Source: Spirochaetota bacterium (lineage in GTDB: Bacteria > Spirochaetota > UBA4802 > JAKQUI01). Taken from it: 64,000 nucleotides of DNA. Position numbers and translations under genes: made by a program. Below the pieces are notes generated by a model. That model was not told the origin of the DNA. It made no database searches and saw only the letters and a program-made list of their open reading frames with translations. Shown here one piece after another: positions 1 to 10,329 of this stretch (positions are counted from its first letter, which is position 1; every line of letters begins with the position of its first letter). Where the stretch lies: NCBI GenBank assembly GCA_029562645.1, contig JAKQUI010000030.1:35891-99890 (forward strand), read 5' to 3'.

Positions 1-4
1 ACCA

Positions 5-79
5 ATGTCACGCATCCTCGCCCTACTTTTCGGCCTACTGCTGCTGCTCGGGTTGCCAGATACCCGGAGGGGTTCGTGA
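5..79 (+). CDS. Leu-rich 24-codon mini-ORF (MSRILALLFGLLLLLGLPDTRRGS). Either a candidate leu leader peptide or the C-terminal membrane-anchor tail of a gene cut by the window edge
   Basis: ATG at 5 and TGA at 77-79. Nine of 24 codons are Leu, five of them consecutive (35-49). The frame stays open to position 2, so an upstream start cannot be excluded. Confidence 0.3.
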   Translation: MSRILALLFGLLLLLGLPDTRRGS

Positions 80-103
80 TATACGCTTAGGCGCTGAACT
101 TGC

Positions 104-146
104 AAAGGCCGTCACGGAAACCTCCCTGACGGCCTTTTTATTTTAT
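104..146 (+). terminator. Rho-independent terminator (possible leuA attenuator)
   Basis: Stem AAAGGCCGTCA (104-114) / TGACGGCCTTT (127-137) with a 12-nt loop, followed by the T-rich run TTTTTATTTTAT. Confidence 0.6.
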
Positions 147-281
147 GGGACACCCGGAGGTGAAGGGGATGATGATATTCCCGTATACGCTTTGATGATT
201 CCATGATTTTCATTTGTGCGAATTACGCACGCCCGCACTGCGGGGATGCCGATACTATCTTATAATGAAAAGGAAATCATC

Positions 282-1868
<1,587 letters not shown>

Positions 1869-1881
1869 AAACGAACACGAC

Positions 1882-1925
1882 CCTCATGAAACAGCACGCC
1901 CCGCCATGAGGCTTGCTGTTTTGTT
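1882..1925 (+). terminator. Possible terminator after leuA
   Basis: CCTCATG (1882-1888) pairs with CATGAGG (1905-1911), followed by CTTGCTGTTTTGTTTGTT. The loop is long (16 nt), so this is only moderate. Confidence 0.35.
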
Positions 1926-2125
1926 TGTTCGATCATCATCGGAAGACACGAACGGTGTTGTCCGATCCGCCGTCCAAACCGTACTACACTCGCATCGCAG
2001 TATGATAGGCGCGTCGCGGAACCGAATATCCGGCCCCGCGACAGCGCATCATAACCCGCAGGCAACGATCGGTGGCGGTTCCGAGCCCGACGGAACAGCC
2101 ACCAATACCGTTGGACCATCTCGCC

Positions 2126-2437
2126 TTAGCGCTGGTTTTGCCAGATATACCAGTTCGGGTTCACCCAGACCCAGTACCCGCTTTGAACGGTTTGGTTGCA
2201 CCACGAGCTGCCGCTCCACGCCCCGTAATCGTAAAACTGCCCATACTGGCCCGCGTCATTGGGACAGCGCACGACCTGCAGCAGCGTATAGTATTTTCCA
2301 TTGACGCTCGCATTTGCCGGGACATTGGCCGGCGTCGTGGTTTGATCGACGACCTTCATGACCGTGTCCATGTGCGAACACAGCGTCAGAAATCCCGTCG
2401 CAAGGATGACGAGCAGCACGACAATCAATCGTTTCAT
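2126..2437 (-). CDS. Small secreted Trp/Tyr-rich protein, possibly a lipoprotein
   Basis: Internal ATG gives MKRLIVVLLVILATGFLTLCS (signal peptide with Cys). The C-terminus is rich in W/Y/G/N (YGQFYDYGAWSGSSWCNQTVQSGYWVWVNPNWYIWQ). Confidence 0.6.
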   Translation of the reverse strand: MKRLIVVLLVILATGFLTLCSHMDTVMKVVDQTTTPANVPANASVNGKYYTLLQVVRCPNDAGQYGQFYDYGAWSGSSWCNQTVQSGYWVWVNPNWYIWQNQR

Positions 2438-2822
2438 GGGATCACCCCGTATGTGTGATAGTGCGTTAGCTTTCGACAGCATTATACTACTGCCGACCGC
2501 GCCAATCGCAAGTAAAAAAATATTTGAAAATACCAAACAAATTTATAGTATTTTTCTTGACAGGTCGTCCTTTTAAAATTCAGATGATTTATCCTATTCA
2601 ATACAAAAACATGCAATTCCATGGAGACGGATACGTATTCTCTGTATATGATGATTTTTTTCAATACCGGTAAATTCCTGTTTGCGCTCTGTGCCGCTAA
2701 CGTGACATAATTGCCACGCGCGCAGTGCACATCGCGAATATGATTGCGGAGGCCGCACCGGCGCGCGGCGCGGCAGCGGGTTCCGTTCACATTTGATCAC
2801 ATCACGCAGTGGGAGATATATC

Positions 2823-3926
2823 ATGGCAGAACAAAAGCAACTCAGCCAAAAGGAACAGGCGCTCGAATCGGCGATCCTCCAGATCGAAAAGCAATTCGGC
2901 AAGGGCTCCATCATGAAGCTGGGCGACAACAGCGCCAAGCTGCAGGTCCCGGCCGTGTCCACCGGCGCGCTCGAGCTCGACATCGCGCTCGGGATCGGGG
3001 GCATCCCCAAGGGCCGCGTGACCGAGATCTTCGGCCCGGAGTCCTCCGGCAAAACCACGCTCACGCTCCACATCGTCGCCGAGGCCCAGCGCCAGGGCGG
3101 GATCGCCGCCTTCGTGGACGCCGAGCACGCGCTCGATCCGCGCTACGCCGCGAAGCTGGGCGTGAACACCGACGAGCTCCTGGTCTCCCAGCCCGACACC
3201 GGCGAGGAGGCGCTCGAGATCACCGAGGCGCTGGTGCGCTCCGGCGCGGTGGATATCGTGGTCATCGACTCGGTCGCGGCGCTCGTGCCCAAGGCCGAGA
3301 TCGACGGCGAGATGGGCGACGCGCACATGGGCCTGCAGGCGCGGCTCATGAGCCAGGCGCTGCGGAAGCTCACCGGCGTGATCGCCAAGTCGAACACGTC
3401 GGTCATCTTCATCAACCAGATCCGGCACAAGATCGGCGTGATGTTCGGCTCGCCCGAGACCACCACCGGCGGGAACGCCCTCAAGTTCTACTCATCGGTG
3501 CGCCTGGACATCCGGAAGATCGAGACGCTCAAGTCCGGCGAGGACGCGATCGGCAGCCGCGTGCGCGTAAAGGTGGTCAAGAACAAGGTCGCGCCGCCCT
3601 TCAAACAGGCCGAGTTCGACATCATGTACAATAGCGGCATCTCGCGCGAGGGCTCGCTGGTGGATATGGGCACCAAACTTGGCGTGGTCAAGAAATCGGG
3701 CACGTGGTACTCATACGGCGAGGAGCGCATCGGTCAGGGCCGTGAAAACGCGAAGATCTACCTGAAGGACAACTCCGCCGTCGGCGCCGAGATCGAGCGC
3801 AAGGTGAAAATCGCCGCGGGGCTCATCGAGGACCCGGACGCCGAAAAGGCGAAGACGGACAAGCCGGCCGTGAAGGCGGCCGACAAGCCCGTCGAGGCCG
3901 TCGAGGAGAAAACGGCGAGCGCGTAA
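2823..3926 (+). CDS. recA: Recombinase RecA
   Basis: MAEQKQ...[22 protein letters not shown], Walker [50 protein letters not shown] at 2823. Confidence 0.97.
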   Translation: MAEQKQLSQKEQALESAILQIEKQFGKGSIMKLGDNSAKLQVPAVSTGALELDIALGIGGIPKGRVTEIFGPESSGKTTLTLHIVAEAQRQGGIAAFVDAEHALDPRYAAKLGVNTDELLVSQPDTGEEALEITEALVRSGAVDIVVIDSVAALVPKAEIDGEMGDAHMGLQARLMSQALRKLTGVIAKSNTSVIFINQIRHKIGVMFGSPETTTGGNALKFYSSVRLDIRKIETLKSGEDAIGSRVRVKVVKNKVAPPFKQAEFDIMYNSGISREGSLVDMGTKLGVVKKSGTWYSYGEERIGQGRENAKIYLKDNSAVGAEIERKVKIAAGLIEDPDAEKAKTDKPAVKAADKPVEAVEEKTASA

Positions 3927-4038
3927 CCCCCTCCGTCCTTCGGACACCTCCCCTTCGCGAGGGGAAGGTTGAGGATGCGTACCGCCCCCCTCTTTCGAGA
4001 CCCTTTCCCTGCGCATGGAGGGTGAGCGGCAACCGAGA

Positions 4039-4070
4039 AATGCGCCGGAAATCAACCGGCGCATTTTTTA
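4039..4070 (+). terminator. Rho-independent terminator after recA
   Basis: AATGCGCCGG (4039-4048) / CCGGCGCATT (4056-4065) with a 7-nt loop, then TTTTT. Confidence 0.7.
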
Positions 4071-4127
4071 ATCATGCCGCTTTGTAAATACTTGATTTCA
4101 TCGACAGGTACCCCATACCATTATCGC

Positions 4128-5072
4128 ATGTTCCGACAAACCATCATAACGATACTGTTTCTCGCGCTTTCCGCCTGTGACCGCTCGCCGAAGTCTTCAC
4201 GCAGCGAGTCATTCCGACCCGAAGAGGAAATCCTGTACTGCATCGGCACTGCTGTGAACGTTCGCGAAAATCCGGAAATGAACGCGAAAATCATCGGCGC
4301 CATGAAAGCGGGGGAATCGTTTTCGTTTCAGGGGATGAGTGCGCATCAAACGGAGATCACGGAGATCGAGTCGCTGGACAAGCCAACCAGACGAATAACG
4401 GATCACTGGCTGCGCGTCACAACTATAAACGGCGGCCAGGGCTGGATCCATGGCGCGTATGTCGGGAAACGGTACTTCCCCCGGCCCCGCAAAAGACTTG
4501 CGAACCTACCCGTGACCACACGCGCCTGGAAGGGCCCCGGCGACAATGACATCGAAGGCCATTCGCCTTATGTGTTCCCCATCGGTTGCTCGCTCGAGGG
4601 GCTCATCGCATTCATGTTCTATCCCACGATGAATCCCGCCTGCGGCTCGAGCGACGTACTCATCGTTGATCCGAAAACGAACAAGACCGTATGGGGCGCG
4701 CATCATTGCGGCCTGGAAGACGTTTGGGACATGCAGTCAACCGAGATTAACCGGAAGTTGAACAAGTTCGGAATTATTCCGGCGAATTTCACCCTCGAAA
4801 AAGGTCCGCTGGAAACGCCGCTGTGCCGCATCGTATTTTCCATTACACCACGCACGCATGATTCTATGGTATCCGGTTACGACCTCCGGCGCGAAAGCGG
4901 CCCAGAAAAATCTGTGATTGCGAAAATCAACTTCGGAGAACACCGTGCCGAAGGCGTGCTCCTCGCCGGCTGGATAAGGAATCCCTGCACCGGTAAGATC
5001 ATCGTCATGGTCATCCGGGTGTCAGTCGGCGAGACGTTCGATTTCATCGAGACGTCGCCGTACTGCGATTGA
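4128..5072 (+). CDS. Lipoprotein with an SH3b-like N-terminal domain, function unknown
   Basis: MFRQTIITILFLALSACDR (lipobox LSAC). The stretch CIGTAVNVRENPEMNAKIIGAMKAGESFSF...HWLRVTTINGGQGWIHGAYV resembles bacterial SH3. Confidence 0.65.
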   Translation: MFRQTIITILFLALSACDRSPKSSRSESFRPEEEILYCIGTAVNVRENPEMNAKIIGAMKAGESFSFQGMSAHQTEITEIESLDKPTRRITDHWLRVTTINGGQGWIHGAYVGKRYFPRPRKRLANLPVTTRAWKGPGDNDIEGHSPYVFPIGCSLEGLIAFMFYPTMNPACGSSDVLIVDPKTNKTVWGAHHCGLEDVWDMQSTEINRKLNKFGIIPANFTLEKGPLETPLCRIVFSITPRTHDSMVSGYDLRRESGPEKSVIAKINFGEHRAEGVLLAGWIRNPCTGKIIVMVIRVSVGETFDFIETSPYCD

Positions 5073-5159
5073 GGACGCGCGCAATTGACGTGAGTTTACC
5101 GCGCAGATTCGCGCATCATTCTTCAGAACAAGCGCGCACGCCAGCGACCAAGGCATCCA

Positions 5160-5843
5160 ATGAACGATAAAATCTTTGGCATGATGATCATTGCAGCGTA
5201 TATGCTGATATCCATCGCATTCTTCGGTATCGTCGCTTACGTATACCTGCACTCGAACGCCGTGAAAAATAGCCTGATAACGCTACTCGTCACCGCCATA
5301 GCCGCAACAGCGGGCACAGGATTGCTTCTTCTACCGATACTGGTGGTGAAGATTGTTCATCATGAATTCTGGCTTCTCGCCCTGGCGTTGACGTCCTATC
5401 TCGCCTTTCTCGCAGCTGCACTGCTGCGTTGGCGGTATCACGAGCCGTGGTGGCGGGCCCTCCTGCCGCTCCCCTCGATGGCGCTCACCGTCATGTTCCT
5501 TGCGCTCCTGAACTATCCGAAATACCGGGGTGCGATGGACGGGTTTGCCTTCCCGCCAATGACGTCGCTGTTCAACATCGCGCTCGCGTGTGTTTTCCCG
5601 ACGATGTGCGCGACCCTGCGGCTGTCGATCCGCGGCCCCCGCCTCACGGGCGCGCTGCTGATCGCCATGTCGCTGGCATCCTTCGCATGGGGCATATGGT
5701 ATTCACATGGCCGGGACGGCTTCATCAGCGACAACGAGACTAGCGAAGGGTTCGTTTTTCTTGCGGTCGTTGGCATGCTCTTCGCGTCCGGGATCGCGCA
5801 CCTACGCCAGGCCCGGCGCAGCACCGTCCTTAAAGACCATTGA
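5160..5843 (+). CDS. Polytopic inner-membrane protein, function unknown
   Basis: About 6-7 hydrophobic helices over 227 aa. No recognisable catalytic motif. Confidence 0.6.
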   Translation: MNDKIFGMMIIAAYMLISIAFFGIVAYVYLHSNAVKNSLITLLVTAIAATAGTGLLLLPILVVKIVHHEFWLLALALTSYLAFLAAALLRWRYHEPWWRALLPLPSMALTVMFLALLNYPKYRGAMDGFAFPPMTSLFNIALACVFPTMCATLRLSIRGPRLTGALLIAMSLASFAWGIWYSHGRDGFISDNETSEGFVFLAVVGMLFASGIAHLRQARRSTVLKDH

Positions 5844-5886
5844 CAGGCCAGAGACGGTCGGATAGCGTGACGCCGGATTTATCGAC

Positions 5887-6663
5887 ATGGCAGAACTGCG
5901 CGACATCCAAAACGAGCCGGACAACCGGAACCTTCCCATCAACAAGGTGGGGGTGAAGAACATCTCCTACCCGGTGGTGGTGCTGGACCGCGCCGAGGGG
6001 AGCCAGCACACGGTGGCGCGGGTGAACATGTACGTGGACCTGCCGCACCATTTCCGCGGCACCCACATGAGCCGCTTCGTGGAGATCCTCAACCGCTACC
6101 AGAGCGGCATCAGCACGCGGAACATCCGCGAGATTCTGAGCGACATGAAGCGCGAGCTCGCGGCCGAAACCTCGCACTTCGAAATCGAGTTCCCCTACTT
6201 CGTGACCAAGGCGGCGCCGGTGTCGGGCGAGCGCGCGAAGATGGAGTACACCTGCCGGCTCACCGGCAACTCGTCGCAGGAGCACTACACGCTCGAGGTG
6301 CGCGTGCCGGTGCTGTCGCTGTGCCCCTGCTCGCGCGAGATCAGCGAGTACGGCGCGCACAACCAGCGCTCCATCATTTCGATTCGGATACAGGCGGTGG
6401 AGAAGATCTGGATCGAGGACATCATCGAGATCGCCGAGGCCTCCGCCTCATCGGACCTCTACGCGATCCTCAAGCGCGAGGACGAGAAGTTCATCACCGA
6501 GACCTCGTACAACAATCCGATGTTCGTCGAGGACATGGTGCGCAACGCCGCCGAGCGGCTGATGGCCACGCGCGGCATCCTGTGGTTCTCGGTTGAATCG
6601 GAGAACATGGAGTCGATCCACAACCACTCGGCCTACGCGCATATCGAGATGCGCATGGCGTGA
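5887..6663 (+). CDS. folE2: GTP cyclohydrolase FolE2 (type IB)
   Basis: NLPINKVGVKNISYPVVVLDR, VDLPHHFRGTHMSRFVEIL, LCPCSREISEYGAHNQRS. Confidence 0.9.
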   Translation: MAELRDIQNEPDNRNLPINKVGVKNISYPVVVLDRAEGSQHTVARVNMYVDLPHHFRGTHMSRFVEILNRYQSGISTRNIREILSDMKRELAAETSHFEIEFPYFVTKAAPVSGERAKMEYTCRLTGNSSQEHYTLEVRVPVLSLCPCSREISEYGAHNQRSIISIRIQAVEKIWIEDIIEIAEASASSDLYAILKREDEKFITETSYNNPMFVEDMVRNAAERLMATRGILWFSVESENMESIHNHSAYAHIEMRMA

Positions 6664-6688
6664 TCCGCGCGCCCGGCGCCGGGCGCCG

Positions 6689-7447
6689 TCAGAAGTGCGA
6701 TTGCTCCCCGTCCAGGTCGGACGTCAGGATCGTGCGGGGGATCACCGCGAAGACCGCGAGCATCGTGAGGCTCAAGATCACAAACATGATCATCACGATC
6801 ATGATGACCATTTGGTTCTTGAGCTCGTTGACCCGCTTGAGCGACACTCCCAGGACGAAGGCCCCCCAGTGCTTGCCGCGGAAATTCACCGGAGCCCCGA
6901 TGTCCCACATCGTCTCTCCCGTGTCCCGGTGATACAGTTCGCGGATCGTATCAGGGCCCGTGTACTCAATAACCTTCTTAATGGCCGGATTGCTCGAAAA
7001 ATTACGCTTCGACCGGCTTTGCACCAGGTCTTTTGCGTAATCGCCCGTTTGCGCGCGCGAATACTTGGAATTGTGCGTCGGGACGTACCCGTTTCGGTCG
7101 GCAAGCACCGCGAAATCGATGTCGGGATCGCGCAGGAATTCGTCCTCGATCTTCTGGATGAGCGAATCGAATATCTTGTCGTAGCGCGTGGTGAATTTTT
7201 TAGGATTGGATCCCGGGATCTCCCGGTACGCGGTGTCCATGATGTCCGCCTCGGTGAGGACCTTCTGGTTCACCATGAACTCCATCAGTTCGCTCATCAT
7301 CCGGGCGCCGGTGAGCGCCTCAATGCGGCATTTCTCGAGGAGCAGGTTCTCGAAGTTATCGAACATCTTTTTAATGATAAAATACGAGCTGACGCTCAGG
7401 ATAAAGCACAATCCGAGGATAATCAGGATTTTGTTTTTCAGGTTCAT
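6689..7447 (-). CDS. Two-TM protein with a periplasmic Cache/MCP-type sensor-like domain and no output domain
   Basis: MNLKNKILIILGLCFILSVSSYFII (TM1), then about 190 aa extracytoplasmic, then MVIMIVMIMFVILSLTMLAVFAVI (TM2), then only about 20 aa. Refined start is ATG 7447. Confidence 0.6.
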   Translation of the reverse strand: MNLKNKILIILGLCFILSVSSYFIIKKMFDNFENLLLEKCRIEALTGARMMSELMEFMVNQKVLTEADIMDTAYREIPGSNPKKFTTRYDKIFDSLIQKIEDEFLRDPDIDFAVLADRNGYVPTHNSKYSRAQTGDYAKDLVQSRSKRNFSSNPAIKKVIEYTGPDTIRELYHRDTGETMWDIGAPVNFRGKHWGAFVLGVSLKRVNELKNQMVIMIVMIMFVILSLTMLAVFAVIPRTILTSDLDGEQSHF

Positions 7448-7514
7448 GGCGTCCTTCCCACAGATAGGTCCCCTCACGCGGGGCATTATATATATTCAAA
7501 ACAACAAAATGCCA

Positions 7515-7528
7515 ATATTGTCAATTAT
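7515..7528. repeat. Copy 1 of exact 14-nt direct repeat ATATTGTCAATTAT
   Basis: Read directly. Lies in the AT-rich divergent promoter region between 7447 and 7602/7665. Confidence 0.9.
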
Positions 7529-7589
7529 TTTTCCGGGCAGCGTCCATCCGCGATGTTTTTTTTTGATTTTTACGACATCGTCGGGAAAT

Positions 7590-7603
7590 ATATTGTCAAT
7601 TAT
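7590..7603. repeat. Copy 2 of exact 14-nt direct repeat ATATTGTCAATTAT
   Basis: Identical 14-mer 75 nt downstream of copy 1. It overlaps the candidate ATG at 7602. Confidence 0.9.
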
Positions 7604-7664
7604 GTCGTATATTTGTACCGTTAAAGGAACTACGAAGACGGACCAGGTTTTCGGGATACCACGC

Positions 7665-8606
7665 ATGCGGAAAAGCGCCACCGAAGAGATATTCGACGAG
7701 GTCGTAAAGCGGAACTCTGTTCTGAACGACAAATCCGTTCCCGATTCCAGCGAGTTCATCCGATATCTCGCCGCGACGGTCGCCGTGCCGGAACAGCAGA
7801 TTCGGCAGATCCTCCGCATCCTCACGGCCTCCCATATGATCTTCACCTTCGAGATCGTGGCCGAGGATCCGCTGCGGAACGTCCCGAATATCGAGGGGTA
7901 CGTCGCGGCCGACCTGGCCATCATCCGGGGCCTCAAAACGCACTTCCATCGCGAGCTGTCCGACCTATACAACCAGCAGTTTCACAAGAACCTGATGCCC
8001 CATCAGATCATCAAGGAGATCTTTCCGGTCATCAAGAGCATCAACAACACCGTGTTGGGGCAGACCGCCAACAAGGCGATCATGCTCGAGGAATTCGAAA
8101 AGCTCCTCGAACGCGACTACTCCGAGTTCACCGCCGAGTGGAAGAAGCAGCACCTCGAGCTCGAGCTGAGCCGCGCCAACCTGGACCATGGGAAAGCGGC
8201 CAAAGCGGTCGATGAAGCGCCGCTTGAGGAATTCACCCTCGATGACGAGCACCCCATCTCCTCGCGCGCGGTGGACGGCGGCAAATACCGCGACTTCATC
8301 TCAAAGACCAAGAACTATCCGCTCCAGCGCATCCTGAACATCTACGGTATTCACTTTTTCATCCGCGTGCACCTGCGAAAGTACCAGTTCGATTACCTGA
8401 AAAAGCTCGTCGAGGACGGGCAGATCTCGCGGCGCGCGGACCTCACGCTGCTCAAGAGGATGCTGCACTCCATGAAGGCCAACCGCGAGCGCGATCCCGA
8501 GCTCCGCCGCCACATCCACGGCATGAACGAACTCGAGACGACCATCAACCACTTCATTTATTTTTCCGAACCCGGCCGCGCCCGCGGCGTTATGCGGAGT
8601 CCGTAG
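7665..8606 (+). CDS. Hypothetical cytoplasmic protein, helical and charged (alternative start 7602)
   Basis: Natural-looking composition from MRKSATEEIFDEVVKRN onward. The upstream part of track ORF 7188-8606 is antisense to the sensor gene and looks spurious. Confidence 0.6.
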   Translation: MRKSATEEIFDEVVKRNSVLNDKSVPDSSEFIRYLAATVAVPEQQIRQILRILTASHMIFTFEIVAEDPLRNVPNIEGYVAADLAIIRGLKTHFHRELSDLYNQQFHKNLMPHQIIKEIFPVIKSINNTVLGQTANKAIMLEEFEKLLERDYSEFTAEWKKQHLELELSRANLDHGKAAKAVDEAPLEEFTLDDEHPISSRAVDGGKYRDFISKTKNYPLQRILNIYGIHFFIRVHLRKYQFDYLKKLVEDGQISRRADLTLLKRMLHSMKANRERDPELRRHIHGMNELETTINHFIYFSEPGRARGVMRSP

Positions 8607-9744
8607 AACCGCGCGCCATGGCGATACGCCTCCGAATGGACGGGTGGCTGTACCACAGAACCTCAATGACCGGATGGGGATCGGTGTCGGCAAGGTTGAT
8701 CCGGGCGATCTTCTCCATCGCCGAAATGAATGCCGCAGGCCGCCCGGTCGCCTCGAGCGCGTAGCGGTCGGCCGCGCGCTCGTAATGGCGCGAGACGGCG
8801 TTGGTCAGCGGCACCATGACGAGCCCGAAAAGGGCGAGATAGAAAAAAAGCATGGGCAACGCCGCCAGATCGTGATGATCGAGAACGCCGAATCCGGCCA
8901 TGCTCCATTCATAGAGGGCGCCGCAGAGGTAGAGCGCAGCGAAGATGATGACGCCGCCAAGGGCGACGTTTTTCGCGATGTGGCGATTCATGTAATGCCC
9001 CAGCTCGTGAGCGAAAACCGCGGCGATCTCATCCGGGGTGAATTCCGCCAGGAGCGTATCGCTTATAATGATGCGGCGGCCCCGCCCCATCCCCGCGAAC
9101 CCGGCATTGGCCTTCCGGCTGTCGCGACTGAGATTGAAGGAGTAGACCCCCGAAATATCGATCCCCCGCTCGCGCACCATCTCGCGAAGCCTCTGCGCGA
9201 CCTCGCCGTCGGCAAGCGGCGTAAATGAGTAGAAGAGCGGGAAAATGAGCTGCGGCGCGACGCGCGCCAGGAGCATGGACACCAGGAAGACGACCGCCCC
9301 AGTAAAAAGCCACCAGTGCCCGCCCGCATGGATCAAAAACGCATAGAAGGCCAGCCCTACCGGCACGCCGATCACCAGCCCCACCGCGAACGACTTCACG
9401 CGCTCGGCGATCCAGCCGCCGGGCGTCTGGTTCGATAACCCGAACCGGTGCTCGACGACATAGCTCGAGTAGACATCCAGCGGCAGGCCGATCGCCCACA
9501 GCGCCGCGCCAAAGAGGCCGACGAACAGCATGAATTGGAAATACGGTACGATGGTCATCTCGGCCACGAACGCGGCGATCGTCCGGGAAATGCCGCTAAA
9601 GGCGACCAGGGCCATGCACGCGAGGCTGAGGACCATGTCGGCCACGCTCAGTCGCAGCTTGATCGATTGATAGCGTTTCGCGTCGTCCGCCCTTGGCGCA
9701 GCCGCGTGTGTCGGTTCGTCAGATCCCATCATCCCCCCTCCCAC
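8590..9744 (-). CDS. M48 family zinc metalloprotease (Ste24/HtpX-like), membrane-bound
   Basis: HExxH motif FAHELGHYMNRH and several N-terminal TM helices. Its 3' end overlaps the convergent gene by 17 nt. Confidence 0.85.
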   Translation of the reverse strand: MGGGMMGSDEPTHAAAPRADDAKRYQSIKLRLSVADMVLSLACMALVAFSGISRTIAAFVAEMTIVPYFQFMLFVGLFGAALWAIGLPLDVYSSYVVEHRFGLSNQTPGGWIAERVKSFAVGLVIGVPVGLAFYAFLIHAGGHWWLFTGAVVFLVSMLLARVAPQLIFPLFYSFTPLADGEVAQRLREMVRERGIDISGVYSFNLSRDSRKANAGFAGMGRGRRIIISDTLLAEFTPDEIAAVFAHELGHYMNRHIAKNVALGGVIIFAALYLCGALYEWSMAGFGVLDHHDLAALPMLFFYLALFGLVMVPLTNAVSRHYERAADRYALEATGRPAAFISAMEKIARINLADTDPHPVIEVLWYSHPSIRRRIAMARGSTDSA

Positions 9745-10148
9745 CGTCTGTGCCGGAGCGCGTGTCGCCGTTTCAGCCGCCCGGACATGGTCGATAGCAC
9801 GTCTCCGTCGAGCTCGAATGCGGAGAGCGCTTTGAAGAAATCCTCGTTTATCGGGACCTCCGGAAAGGGCTGCACCGCCTCGCGGATCACACTGTCTGCC
9901 CCCTGTGGTCCCTCTGAATACAGACGGGCGCTGTTGCAGATGGCCTCGAACGTGACATGATGAAAATACATTCCGGCATTAAAGTGCTTCAGGCCGCAGG
10001 CGAGCGAGCCATAGGTCATTCGCGGTCCGGCCCCGGCAATCACACGTCCCTCGATAAGCGACGTCCGCAGTTCGCGCGCAATTCGAGCTTCCACAACAAT
10101 ATCATGAAATATCCTGCATCCGGTGTTCATGGCCTTCTCCGGGCACAT
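9729..10148 (-). CDS. Hypothetical protein upstream of, and overlapping, the M48 protease gene
   Basis: ATG at 10148. It overlaps the M48 start by 16 nt on the same strand. No recognisable motif. Confidence 0.45.
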   Translation of the reverse strand: MCPEKAMNTGCRIFHDIVVEARIARELRTSLIEGRVIAGAGPRMTYGSLACGLKHFNAGMYFHHVTFEAICNSARLYSEGPQGADSVIREAVQPFPEVPINEDFFKALSAFELDGDVLSTMSGRLKRRHALRHRRWEGG

Positions 10149-10329
10149 AGCGTTATTGCCGATAGTCTTCAGGACTACCGGTGTCCATCACCATGACCCC
10201 CCGGACCTTGATTATACGTATCTCTATTTTACAAGGATGATGATACATCTCCAGAAACACACCCTCATTAGATTAATGTCGTTGAAAGGGGAAAAATGAC
10301 AAAAAATTTGCATGGACGGAGAAAAAATT

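Noticed and set aside
2071-2103. Strong hairpin GGTGGCGGTTCCG...CGGAACAGCCACC between leuA and the small secreted-protein gene
   Set aside because: No U-tract follows on either strand, so it is not a canonical intrinsic terminator. It may be a stabilising 3' structure or a Rho-related site, but I cannot support a specific call.
2735-2748. Possible LexA/SOS box CGAATATGATTGCG upstream of recA
   Set aside because: Only one half-site resembles the CGAAC-N4-GTTCG (Cheo-type) consensus, and the other arm (TTGCG) does not complement it. I found no match to CTGT-N8-ACAG or GTTC-N7-GTTC either, so the evidence is too weak to call.
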